Below are positions 27,358 to 36,543 of a stretch of 64,000 nucleotides of DNA, piece by piece. The stretch is taken from positions 779 through 64,778 of the forward strand of contig CABSDC010000005.1 in assembly GCA_902476295.1 (NCBI GenBank). Direction: 5' to 3'. Both the position numbers and the translations under genes were made by a program. Source of the DNA: an uncultured Prevotellaceae bacterium. Its GTDB lineage: Bacteria > Bacteroidota > Bacteroidia > Bacteroidales > Muribaculaceae. Each line of letters opens with the position of its first letter. The first letter of the stretch is position 1. A model generated the notes under the pieces. The model searched no databases. It saw only the letters and a program-made list of their open reading frames with translations, and had not been told where the DNA came from.

Positions 27358-28461
27358 ATGGAAAGATTATATCCAAAACTCATACTCGACGCTCTCTCCA
27401 AAGTGCGCTACCCTGGCACTGGCAAAGATATTGTCAGCTCGGGCATGGTAGCCGACGACATACGCATCGACGGCAACAAAGTGTCGTTCTCTCTGATTTT
27501 CGACAAGCCTACCGACCCATTCATGAAATCTCTCATCAAGTCGGCCGAAACAGCACTTCTCACATACATTAGCGACGAAATCGACATTAAAGGCAACATC
27601 GCCACAATCATCCGCAAACCTGCCGCTCCAAAGCCTGAGCGCCCTCTCGCCGGCGTGAAAAATATCATCGGCGTATCGTCGGGCAAAGGCGGTGTGGGCA
27701 AATCTACCGTTGCTGCCAACCTTGCTGTGGCTCTTGCGCAACTTGGCTACAAAGTGGGATTGCTCGATGCCGATATCTTCGGCCCGTCTATGCCTAAAAT
27801 GTTCGGTCTCGAATCTGAGCAACTCTATATGGAGAAAGTGAATGGTCGCGACATGATTCTTCCGATAGAAAAATATGGCGTGAAGCTTCTTTCTATCGGA
27901 TTCCTTGTCGACCCTGACAAAGCAGTGCTTTGGCGTGGAGGTATGGCAAGCAATGCGCTCAAGCAACTTATCACCGAGGCCAATTGGGGCGACCTCGACT
28001 ATTTCGTCATCGACATGCCTCCTGGCACAAGCGACATTCACCTCACCCTCGTGCAGACGCTCGCCATCACCGGCGCTATAGTAGTGTCTACACCACAAGA
28101 AGTAGCTCTCGCCGATGCTCGTAAAGGCATCAGCATGTTCCAGAGCGAACAAGTGAATGTGCCAATCTTAGGTCTTGTGGAAAACATGTCGTGGTTTACT
28201 CCCGCCGCTCACCCCGATGAACAATACTTCATCTTCGGCAAAGATGGCGGCAAGCAATTGGCAGAACGCCTCGAAGTGCCATTGCTCGGACAGATTCCTT
28301 TGGTGGCAAGCATCTGCCGCGGCGGCGATGACGGTACACCTGTGGTATTGCAAAACTCAGTATCGGGTGCCGCATTTATGAATTTGGCTCGCTCTGTAGC
28401 AGAAGCAACCGAACGACGCAACGCCACCCTACCTCCTACCACAAAGGTTGAAATGCAATAA
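27358..28461 (+). CDS. Mrp/NBP35/ApbC-family iron-sulfur cluster carrier ATPase
   Basis: The ORF-track entry starts at 27307. I prefer the start MERLYPKL.. at 27358 because it removes the overlap with trmB. A DUF59-like N-terminus and the deviant Walker A GVSSGKGGVGKSTVAANLA are present. Confidence 0.88.
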   Translation: MERLYPKLILDALSKVRYPGTGKDIVSSGMVADDIRIDGNKVSFSLIFDKPTDPFMKSLIKSAETALLTYISDEIDIKGNIATIIRKPAAPKPERPLAGVKNIIGVSSGKGGVGKSTVAANLAVALAQLGYKVGLLDADIFGPSMPKMFGLESEQLYMEKVNGRDMILPIEKYGVKLLSIGFLVDPDKAVLWRGGMASNALKQLITEANWGDLDYFVIDMPPGTSDIHLTLVQTLAITGAIVVSTPQEVALADARKGISMFQSEQVNVPILGLVENMSWFTPAAHPDEQYFIFGKDGGKQLAERLEVPLLGQIPLVASICRGGDDGTPVVLQNSVSGAAFMNLARSVAEATERRNATLPPTTKVEMQ

Positions 28462-28490
28462 TCCTTTTACATAGGCTTAATCAATATGAG

Positions 28491-28537
28491 ACTGCACTCC
28501 AAAAGTTAGAAACTTTTGGAGTGCAGTTCATTTTTTT
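28491..28537. terminator. Strong hairpin between convergent genes (probably a bidirectional terminator)
   Basis: ACTGCACTCCAAAAGTT-AGA-AACTTTTGGAGTGCAGT forms a 17-bp stem followed by TCATTTTTTT. Confidence 0.75.
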
Positions 28538-28569
28538 GTGCGATCTCATTGGTAAAGTCTGACTTGTAA

Positions 28570-30882
28570 TCACTTAGTTTTCTTGCGCTTCTGACGCATA
28601 TCCGACGGGATGGATTCTGGCTTTGCGGTCTTCGATAGTTTCACATCGTAGAACACATATCGCCCCGACATGCCATTGGTGTTCGACAACCAGAACATGA
28701 GTTGCTGGCAATTATTAATCGGAATGGTCACGGTCTTTGGTTGCATCGATTCCCAAACGGCGAGATCTGCCACAACTGTTTGATCGGCTCCGACAAGCAA
28801 AGTTTCGCGATAGCGACTATTATCTTTCTGATAAACATCCTTACCCAACAATTGGCTATCAGCGGCTGTTTTGAGGCACGCCACAGTGAAGGTAAGCGAG
28901 CTATACTCGCCATAGGTATTAAATGCAATACAAGAATTTTCCACAGCCTCGCCTCCTGCCGCGAGCAACAGTAGCGGTGCCACTCCAGCCAATGTGCTTC
29001 CAACCAGCGTGCCACCAACAGCAGCACCTGCCACAAACGATGCACCAACCGCAGTGGCACCAACAACTGCCCCGGCGGCATTATCGGTTCCCGACAGCAC
29101 GCCATGGTCAAGCGAGAAGTGCGTGCTGGTCTGCAACACAAAGCCCTTGTTGATGCGCGTGCCATCAGGCATCGTGAAGTAGCGTCGACGTGTGGAGCCA
29201 TCAAGAAAAGCGCCACTTGGCATAGTATAAACATAGTGCAGATACGGCTTACCCAAATCAATCAAATCAACTTCTGCAGGACAAGTAGGCGCCGGATGCA
29301 TAAACAGATTGTTTTCCACCGGTTTACCACGATACACCACAAGGTCGGCCACACCATAGGCACCAACGTTCATCATGGTCTGCCCGCCATTCTCAAAACG
29401 CAATTTCCGGCATTTGTTTATCGGCAAAACGTAATGCTGATTAGGGCTTGTGGCATTGAGCGGCGCTTTCAAGATCAGTTTATCATCGGCATACACATAG
29501 AGCATATCATTGTTCATCACCCAACTCTTGCCCACAAAACCAGTAGTGAAACTCACATAATCAAACTCGCCACCAAGGTCGAATGCAGCAAACGAAACGG
29601 TGTTATCGTCGAAGAAATGGGCTGTCTGATAAAGAATAAAACCTTCGTTATATCGCGTACCACCCATCGAGAATCCCACATGCTCGCTCATTCCACGATA
29701 CAACTGATGATCTACCGCGCCGCGTAAAGCATACGGCGGAATATTAGATATCAACTTGCACACATCTGGCAATTGTTTCAATTTACCTGTGGAGTCGCCC
29801 GATGCGCTTTCTGCGGTCTTTGCCTCAGGCGACTGCCCCTTCGGATACAGCCACGCGTCAACGATAGCACCATAGAGACTATGGCTCTCCTGTTCGCTCG
29901 CCACAGTAAGTTTCTTCACGCCCGACACATTCAGGCTTACCTGTTGAGCGATATCGTCTTGCTTTATCTCATATTCATATAGTATCTTGTCGTCGCCCAT
30001 GATAGTTATCCACCCAACGCCATTGGTGGCCTTCGATGTATTTACCGGACCTACGGTGAAGGTCAACACATCATACATTCCGTTGAGATTGAAATGCGTT
30101 TCAGCGGCATTGTTGCCCACAAGACCAACATCCATTTTTAGAATCATGCCGTAGTCGTAGACCTTATTTCCCAGTTTCACAGTCTTTGCGCCGTGATTTG
30201 GCGACACAAGGTGATGCTGCATCACCTCCGTACCGGTGGAAGTGTTCACCGCAGTATACGGCATAACGTCGCGAATAAGCAATTGCTTCTCCTTAGGCAT
30301 TGCCGGCTCATATCCAGTGTCCTTTGGCGTTTCACCTGGTTTCCACAACGTGATTTCCGAAAAACACACGTCGCCATTACCCTCAAGAAGCATAAATTTC
30401 AGTTCATTTACGCCCTTCACATTAAGCGTTATACGCTTGTATATGTCGCGATAAGTGAGTTTTCCATCATAAATCACATTGCCATCGGCCACTATTGTCA
30501 CCACACGCGGATTCCCACCATACGAACCCTTGCGCACACCGAGCACAAGTTTCATGGTATCGTATTGTCCACCAAGATTAAACACCGCACGCGCAGGATT
30601 ACTCTCGCCATTGGTATATTGGAAATAAAAGCCGTTGCCCCATGTGCCACCGCCATACATTTCCACGCCGTCAATCTCGCCGTAAGCGTAAGTGTCGACT
30701 GGTTGAAGCGTTTTCAGCAGATAGCGCACCCGAGCTTGGCTTTGGGCTTGTTTACGAGGCTGACGTTGCACTTGAGTTTTATTAGCCTTGCTGCGCACGC
30801 CACGCTGCGCAGGGCGCTGAGCCACCATGCCAGCACACACAAATATTACCACCAATAAACAACATATTCTTTTCATAGGCAT
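28570..30882 (-). CDS. Secreted protein with four NPCBM/NEW2-like beta-sandwich repeats and an internal Gly/Ala-rich hydrophobic segment. Function unknown.
   Basis: 770 aa with a signal peptide and a basic Q/R/K-rich linker. Four repeats share the pattern F(N/D)L.G.YD..(K/T)F..G....(I/V)..D(G/D)..(I/L)Y..(V/L).(I/L)(N/P)(V/I)..(V/C).(E/K/Q)L.F. See finding. Confidence 0.6.
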   Translation of the reverse strand: MPMKRICCLLVVIFVCAGMVAQRPAQRGVRSKANKTQVQRQPRKQAQSQARVRYLLKTLQPVDTYAYGEIDGVEMYGGGTWGNGFYFQYTNGESNPARAVFNLGGQYDTMKLVLGVRKGSYGGNPRVVTIVADGNVIYDGKLTYRDIYKRITLNVKGVNELKFMLLEGNGDVCFSEITLWKPGETPKDTGYEPAMPKEKQLLIRDVMPYTAVNTSTGTEVMQHHLVSPNHGAKTVKLGNKVYDYGMILKMDVGLVGNNAAETHFNLNGMYDVLTFTVGPVNTSKATNGVGWITIMGDDKILYEYEIKQDDIAQQVSLNVSGVKKLTVASEQESHSLYGAIVDAWLYPKGQSPEAKTAESASGDSTGKLKQLPDVCKLISNIPPYALRGAVDHQLYRGMSEHVGFSMGGTRYNEGFILYQTAHFFDDNTVSFAAFDLGGEFDYVSFTTGFVGKSWVMNNDMLYVYADDKLILKAPLNATSPNQHYVLPINKCRKLRFENGGQTMMNVGAYGVADLVVYRGKPVENNLFMHPAPTCPAEVDLIDLGKPYLHYVYTMPSGAFLDGSTRRRYFTMPDGTRINKGFVLQTSTHFSLDHGVLSGTDNAAGAVVGATAVGASFVAGAAVGGTLVGSTLAGVAPLLLLAAGGEAVENSCIAFNTYGEYSSLTFTVACLKTAADSQLLGKDVYQKDNSRYRETLLVGADQTVVADLAVWESMQPKTVTIPINNCQQLMFWLSNTNGMSGRYVFYDVKLSKTAKPESIPSDMRQKRKKTK

Positions 30883-31129
30883 TTTCGGAGTGAGGGATTC
30901 TACAATTTAGTTTTAGTTTATCTATTTACGGAGTGCAAACCCAGCATCGACGCGATTGCTGAGGCGCATTCCATCTCATACAAAGATAAATATAAAAGAT
31001 GAAAAGCAATATAATCGCCACACAAAAGATATGCTTGGCTACACGATTATGCGCATCACCATTGCTTGCCACCTAAGCATTGCGCCACATCTGCGCTAAT
31101 ACGCTATTGCACAATGAGAAAAAAAGCAT

Positions 31130-31137
31130 TACCTTTG
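31130..31137 (+). promoter_or_regulatory. Candidate -7 box (TACCTTTG) for the DEAD-box helicase gene, implying a leader of about 115 nt
   Basis: TAnnTTTG match 122 nt upstream of the ATG at 31259. Confidence 0.4.
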
Positions 31138-31258
31138 CAAAAGATTTACGAGAGTGTGTCGATGAAGCCTTACTCTAAAAGCAACGCTGAAGTTTGTAAT
31201 CACGACACACTGCAATATTTCTGTCAGTAATCACATAGTTATCACCAACATCATTTTA

Positions 31259-33178
31259 ATGAAGACATTTGAAGAATTAGGAGTCCGCGAGGATATTATC
31301 AAAGCAATTTCAGAATTAGGGTATGTCCACCCAATGCCAATCCAAGAAAAAGTAATACCACATCTTCTTCACGAAGATGGCGACATCATAGGTCTGGCTC
31401 AGACTGGCACTGGTAAGACCGCAGCTTTCGGTCTGCCAATGCTGCAACGCATCGATGTGGAGATTGAGAATCCTCAAGCCCTCATCATTGCGCCTACACG
31501 CGAATTGTGTCTGCAAATCGCTGGCGACCTCGCCGACTATTCAAAATACATCAGCAACTTGCGCGTGCTGCCAGTGTATGGCGGCTCGAGCATCGAAAGC
31601 CAAATAAAGATGTTGCGCCGTGGCGTGCACATTGTGGTTGCCACCCCAGGCCGCTTGCTCGATCTTATCAAGCGCGACACAGTGAATATGGGAATGGTGA
31701 AAACCGTAATTCTCGACGAGGCTGACGAAATGCTCAACATGGGCTTTATCGACGACATCAACGAAATTCTCTCTCATGTGCCAGACGATCGCAAAATGCT
31801 GCTTTTCTCTGCCACAATGCCTAATGAGATTGAGTCGATTGCAAAAAAATATATGCACAATCCTGAAGAGATTGTGGTGGGTTCGCGCAACGAAGGCGCC
31901 GAAAACGTTCGCCACATCTACTATATGGTGCACGCTCGCGACAAGTACCTCGCGCTGAAGCGCGTGGCTGACTATTGCCCAAGCATCTACGGCATCATCT
32001 TCTGCCGCACACGCCGCGAGACTCAAGAAGTGGCCGACTGGCTGATATCCGACGGATACAACGCCGATTCGCTTCACGGCGACCTCTCGCAAGCACAACG
32101 CGACCTCGTAATGAAGAAATTCCGCGAACACACCATCCAATTGTTGGTTGCCACCGACGTGGCTGCCCGCGGACTCGACGTTGACAACCTCACTCACGTT
32201 ATCAACTATGGTTTGCCTGACGATATTGCAACTTACACCCACCGAAGCGGCCGTACTGGCCGTGCAGGCAAGACTGGTGTGTCGGTATCGATTGTTCACC
32301 TGCGCGAAAAGGGTAAAATCAGAGACATCGAAAAGCGTATCGGCAAAGCATTTGAGCGCAAAGAGGTGCCTTCGCCAAAGGAAATCATCACTAAGCAACT
32401 CTTCAATCTTGCCGACCGTCTGGAAAAAGTGAGCGTCGACGAAGAGCAAATCAACGAATACTTGCCAGGCATTATCAAAAAATTGGAATGGCTTAGCACC
32501 GAAGACTTGCTCAAGCGCGTGCTTTCGCTCGAGGCTAACCGTTTGCTTGAATACTACAAGGACGCTCGCGTGCTCGACGTGCCCGAAAACGACAAAAAAG
32601 GCAAGAAGAAGGGCGACAAGAAAGGCTCTGACCGCAGCATGGAGGACAAAGACCGTCGCGTGGGCGAAGAAGGCTACGAACGCGTGTATATCAACTGCGG
32701 TAAGGCCGACGGATTTTTTGCTCCTAACCTGATTGAAATCATCAACCAATCAGTAAAGGGTCAGCGCGTGGATATCGGCCGCATCGACTTGCTCTCAGGC
32801 TACTCGCTCTTTGATATTCGCAAGGGTGATGCACACCGCGTGATTTCTTCGCTCAAGGGCGAAGATTTCTTCGGCAAACGCATCTACTGCGAAATCGCCG
32901 TGCCAGATAAGGACTATGCAAGCGAAAACAAGGGCAAAGCAGCCAAGCGCCCTCTCCGCGACGACGACGGTTTCAAAAAGAGCCGCCGTGACCGCCGTGA
33001 AGAGCGTTTCGCCAGCAAAAAGGACGGCAAAAAACGCGACAGAAAAGACAAAAAAGTGAAAAACCTGACTTTCACGGCAACTACGACAAATTTAAAAAGA
33101 AAAAACACTGATTTTTCCTTACAATTTGTGCAACTTCACACTGCAGTTTTTCACAATAAACACAATGATTTGAAATAA
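31259..33178 (+). CDS. deaD: DEAD-box ATP-dependent RNA helicase (DeaD/CsdA-like) with DbpA-type RNA-binding domain and a basic tail. The extreme C-terminus is possibly frameshifted.
   Basis: Q-motif region FEELGV..PMPIQEK, motif I AQTGTGKTAAF, motif II VILDEADEML, SAT and HRSGRTGRAGKTG are all present. The DbpA-like segment is GYERVYINCGKADGFFAPNLIEII. The tail is K/R/D-rich. Confidence 0.9.
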   Translation: MKTFEELGVREDIIKAISELGYVHPMPIQEKVIPHLLHEDGDIIGLAQTGTGKTAAFGLPMLQRIDVEIENPQALIIAPTRELCLQIAGDLADYSKYISNLRVLPVYGGSSIESQIKMLRRGVHIVVATPGRLLDLIKRDTVNMGMVKTVILDEADEMLNMGFIDDINEILSHVPDDRKMLLFSATMPNEIESIAKKYMHNPEEIVVGSRNEGAENVRHIYYMVHARDKYLALKRVADYCPSIYGIIFCRTRRETQEVADWLISDGYNADSLHGDLSQAQRDLVMKKFREHTIQLLVATDVAARGLDVDNLTHVINYGLPDDIATYTHRSGRTGRAGKTGVSVSIVHLREKGKIRDIEKRIGKAFERKEVPSPKEIITKQLFNLADRLEKVSVDEEQINEYLPGIIKKLEWLSTEDLLKRVLSLEANRLLEYYKDARVLDVPENDKKGKKKGDKKGSDRSMEDKDRRVGEEGYERVYINCGKADGFFAPNLIEIINQSVKGQRVDIGRIDLLSGYSLFDIRKGDAHRVISSLKGEDFFGKRIYCEIAVPDKDYASENKGKAAKRPLRDDDGFKKSRRDRREERFASKKDGKKRDRKDKKVKNLTFTATTTNLKRKNTDFSLQFVQLHTAVFHNKHNDLK

Positions 33179-33831
33179 TGCGGTTGATAACATCTACAAT
33201 ATTATGCATAGCGTCTTGCTTCGCCTTTATTGGCGAAGCTAAGACTATTCGCGACATATTCACATCTGAGCCCGACAACATCTTTCTGATTTTGCCAAGC
33301 CGCACGCGCATGGATATGCTCGACTATTACGACTCTGGCAACAAGGTGGCGGCAAGCAACAAACTGTCTAACGACGACACTTCTTCGCAGCTCATCGATG
33401 TCGCCGACAACTTCATCGCCATATCTCTCACTGAGTCAAACGAGGTGGACTTGCAATTGCTCACACCTTCGTCAAGCGACTCATTAGTGGTGGTGGTGAA
33501 CACCGTTATGCTGCCTGCGCCAGACAGCGAAATCTCTTTTTACGACACAAACTGGACACCTGTTAAGAGAAAAGACATTTTTAAGGCTCCTACACTGAAG
33601 GATTTCATTAAGCCTAAAACCGACAAGAACAAGGTTAGCGAACTGATGCAAATCATTAAATTCCCGATTATTTCCTACGAATTGTCGGCTAAAGAGCCAT
33701 ATAGCCTTGTGGCACACCTTAACATCGACAAGTTTCTCAGCACCGAAGATTGGGACGCTGTGAAGGAATATCTCTTGCCAAGCATCTCTTATCGCTTCGA
33801 AGGCAAGAAATATCGTCGCATCACAAAATAA
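33178..33831 (+). CDS. Secreted hypothetical protein (DUF3256-like)
   Basis: 217 aa with a signal peptide. The N-terminal IRDIFTSEPDNIFLILPSRTRMDMLDYYDSG resembles the Bacteroidales DUF3256 family as I recall it. Its stop overlaps the xseA start (TAATG). Confidence 0.55.
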   Translation: MRLITSTILCIASCFAFIGEAKTIRDIFTSEPDNIFLILPSRTRMDMLDYYDSGNKVAASNKLSNDDTSSQLIDVADNFIAISLTESNEVDLQLLTPSSSDSLVVVVNTVMLPAPDSEISFYDTNWTPVKRKDIFKAPTLKDFIKPKTDKNKVSELMQIIKFPIISYELSAKEPYSLVAHLNIDKFLSTEDWDAVKEYLLPSISYRFEGKKYRRITK

Positions 33832-35153
33832 TGCCTCCAGCCATGAACATGAGCATACCTCAACCTGAAGGCATAACCCTACGCAAATATCTCGCCGCGG
33901 TAAAAAGCACCATTATGGCCAACCCCACGCTGCAACAGCAATGGGTGATTGCCGAAATCAGCGACTTCAGATTCTCAAGACACTGCTATATGCAACTGCT
34001 CGAGAAAGACGAGTCTGGTGCCACTATCGCCACGGCTCGCGCTACGATATGGGCAAGCAAAGTATATGAGATCACTCATAAATTCGAGACAGCCACAAAT
34101 CAGCACCTTGGCAATGGCATGAAGGTGATGCTGTGCGTGTCGGTGAATATGAGTGAGCAATACGGACTGTCGCTCAACGTCACTGATATTTCCCCGGAAT
34201 TCACGCTCGGCGACATGCTCCGACAACGTCGCGAAATCTTAGCACGACTCACCCGTGAAGGCGTGATAAACAGAAACAAGGAATTGGGAATTCCCACCAA
34301 GCCACAGCGCATAGCCGTGATTTCGGCAGCCGGAGCGGCTGGTTACGGCGATTTCTGCAAGCAATTGGCAAACAACCCTATGGGCATAAAATTCTATACA
34401 TGCCTATTCGCCGCCAGCATGCAAGGCCAAAACACTGTGCCCTCGGTGATCAATGCCCTTGAACGCATCAATCGCTACATCAACCTTTTCGACGTAGTGG
34501 TGATAATTCGTGGTGGCGGATCTACCACCGACCTCAACTCGTTTGACAACTACGACCTCGCCCTCAACGTGGCCAATTGTCCCCTACCCGTAATCACAGG
34601 TATCGGACACGAACGCGACACTACGGTGCTCGACTACGTGGCTTCCATTCCAGTTAAAACACCTACCGCTGCCGCAGAATGGATTATCTCACAATGCAAC
34701 CAATGCCTGCAAACAGTGATTGACTACAAAAACGAAATCATAAATACTGTCACATATATATTGCGAGAAGAAAACAAGCATCTGCAATATATCAGCGATA
34801 ATATCCCTATCCTTGCCAACTCAATTCTCGACAAGGAGAAACTAAAGCTCAATCGCCTGATGGCGGTTATTCCAGCCACCGTATCGGGCAGAGTCACCAC
34901 AGCAAATGCGTTGCTTGGCAAATACGCTGCGGTCATAGCCTCTGTGGCGCAACAAATCGTTCAGCGTGAGAAAATGCGCATCGACAATCTCAGCGACAAA
35001 GTGAATCTGCTATCGCCACAAAACACGCTCAACCGCGGCTACTCACTCACCCTACACAACGGGCATGCAGTGACCGACGCCTCGCAACTGACCGCTGGCG
35101 ACGAACTGGTGACACACTTTAAATCCGGCAAAGTAATCTCAGAAGTAAAATAA
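33831..35153 (+). CDS. xseA: Exodeoxyribonuclease VII large subunit
   Basis: The ORF-track entry starts at 33750. I prefer the start MPPAMNMSIPQPEGITLRKYL at 33831. The OB-fold N-terminus (QQQWVIAEISDF), catalytic region VVIIRGGGSTTDLNSFDNYDLA and ITGIGHERDTTVLDYVA are present. Confidence 0.9.
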   Translation: MPPAMNMSIPQPEGITLRKYLAAVKSTIMANPTLQQQWVIAEISDFRFSRHCYMQLLEKDESGATIATARATIWASKVYEITHKFETATNQHLGNGMKVMLCVSVNMSEQYGLSLNVTDISPEFTLGDMLRQRREILARLTREGVINRNKELGIPTKPQRIAVISAAGAAGYGDFCKQLANNPMGIKFYTCLFAASMQGQNTVPSVINALERINRYINLFDVVVIIRGGGSTTDLNSFDNYDLALNVANCPLPVITGIGHERDTTVLDYVASIPVKTPTAAAEWIISQCNQCLQTVIDYKNEIINTVTYILREENKHLQYISDNIPILANSILDKEKLKLNRLMAVIPATVSGRVTTANALLGKYAAVIASVAQQIVQREKMRIDNLSDKVNLLSPQNTLNRGYSLTLHNGHAVTDASQLTAGDELVTHFKSGKVISEVK

Positions 35154-35176
35154 CCATCACATCACATATTATCACA

Positions 35177-35380
35177 ATGGAAGAACAAATCACATATAGC
35201 AAGGCGATTTCAGAACTTGAGGACATCATTCGCAAAATGCAAAGCAACGAATGCAGCATCGACATCCTGTCGCAACTGACATCTCGCTCGCTACAGTTGC
35301 TCACCATCTGCAAGGATAAACTCACTAAGACCGACGAGGAACTGAAGAAGATCCTATCTCAACTCAGCGACGAGCAATAA
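35177..35380 (+). CDS. xseB: Exodeoxyribonuclease VII small subunit
   Basis: 67 aa. The motif YSKAISELEDIIRKMQSNECSID is present and the gene lies directly downstream of xseA. Confidence 0.85.
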   Translation: MEEQITYSKAISELEDIIRKMQSNECSIDILSQLTSRSLQLLTICKDKLTKTDEELKKILSQLSDEQ

Positions 35381-35456
35381 GCGCAAGCGCACTCCCACTC
35401 CACGCTTTGGTATCATTTTTGTAATGTTGTAGATTACAACCTAACAACTTACAGAT

Positions 35457-35702
35457 ATGAAACGTCAAAAGAATTTGCGCATAACGCAAGACGACTACAT
35501 CAAGGCAAACCGTAAGGCAAGCCGCGAAGCTGAGATTGCCGCTTACGGGCATCCGCTTTGCCACAAACGAGTGCACAAATCCAAGAAGGTCTACGACCGC
35601 AAACGAATCAAAAAGGCAGATTGCTCAAGCGATTTGCCTTTTTCGTTTCTTCGTCAAGCAATCAACCCAATTAGGGCATTCGTACCCTATCGCCCGTTAT
35701 AG
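35457..35702 (+). CDS. Small basic hypothetical protein; the 3' extent is doubtful
   Basis: 81-aa ORF with a K/R-rich N-terminal two-thirds. A strong terminator hairpin (35612..35650) lies inside the ORF, so its last ~30 codons are suspect. Confidence 0.3.
   Translation: MKRQKNLRITQDDYIKANRKASREAEIAAYGHPLCHKRVHKSKKVYDRKRIKKADCSSDLPFSFLRQAINPIRAFVPYRPL
35612..35650. terminator. Bidirectional-looking intrinsic terminator between convergent genes
   Basis: AAAGGCAGATTGC-TCAA-GCGATTTGCCTTT forms a 13-bp stem (2 G-U pairs) flanked by T-rich tracts on both strands. It lies 55 nt beyond the stop of the minus-strand gene ending at 35704. Confidence 0.6.
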
Positions 35703-35703
35703 G

Positions 35704-36540
35704 TTATTGCACGCCGTATCTCTGCTGTAATTCCTTGAGAAGTGGTGATGATTTCGCTGCCTTCAACCAAGCATTGATGTTGCGCTGCATTGGCTCATTT
35801 TCCTTTGCCAAAGCCCACGCCTGTATTTGCGAGAAACTAATCGACGTGGAGATATCCACATCTTCATATTGCTTTGCCAACACCTCGGCGATGCGGCGAT
35901 TGATCACAGCATAACGTATCTCGCCACTTGCCACCTGCAAGAATAGTTGCTCTGGGCCGTATAGCGGGTCTTCTTTCACATATATCGAATCACCGATTTC
36001 ATTGCTTAGATTGATTATACGTTCTTTCATCGGAGATCCCTTCACCACATACACTGTGTCGCCAGCCAAATCGAGTTGGGTCTTTATATCCACTGCACCA
36101 TCAGCTTTCTTGCGCTGAACCAACACCTGCCTATCGATATACACCTCATCAGAGAAGAGAAGATACTCACGATTTTCTTTTGTCACTGGGAATTGTGCCA
36201 CCAGCACATCCACCTTGCCCTGCTCCAAATACTGCAAAGCATCGTGCAGAGTCACTATCGGATGAAACTTCACAGCGCGGTGTTGCTGCGAGGCAATCAG
36301 TCGCCATAGATCATAGTCAAATCCGCCAAGAGTGTCGGCATAAGTGTAGCAAATGGTTGGCGAATACTCTATTGCCACGTCGATGGTGTCGCCTCCGCTG
36401 TGGGTTATACCATCAGCAACGCCAGAGGCATTGCCACAACGCCTAAGCAATATCATAGTAGTGACGGCAAGCACCAGCAGCGCCACATACATCAAAGGCT
36501 GACCTTTCTTTGGTTTTAGTTCTCGTCGTACCATCAGCAA
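35704..36540 (-). CDS. Membrane-anchored periplasmic substrate-binding-domain protein (SBP_bac_3 / MltF-N-terminal-like)
   Basis: 278 aa with an N-terminal TM anchor. DTIDVAIEYSPTICYTYADTLGGFDYDLWRLIA..GKVDVLVAQFPVT is typical of type 3 solute-binding folds. Confidence 0.6.
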   Translation of the reverse strand: MLMVRRELKPKKGQPLMYVALLVLAVTTMILLRRCGNASGVADGITHSGGDTIDVAIEYSPTICYTYADTLGGFDYDLWRLIASQQHRAVKFHPIVTLHDALQYLEQGKVDVLVAQFPVTKENREYLLFSDEVYIDRQVLVQRKKADGAVDIKTQLDLAGDTVYVVKGSPMKERIINLSNEIGDSIYVKEDPLYGPEQLFLQVASGEIRYAVINRRIAEVLAKQYEDVDISTSISFSQIQAWALAKENEPMQRNINAWLKAAKSSPLLKELQQRYGVQ

Positions 36541-36543
36541 ATA

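Noticed and set aside
26652-28152. Two minus-strand ORFs of 249 and 261 aa
   Set aside because: They are antisense to trmB and the Mrp/ApbC gene, both of which carry diagnostic motifs on the plus strand.
31541-32749. 402-aa ORF on the minus strand
   Set aside because: It lies entirely antisense to the DEAD-box helicase gene, whose helicase motifs are unmistakable. The antisense product is a low-information, V/H/A/F-rich sequence. This is a typical shadow ORF produced by the codon bias of the sense gene.
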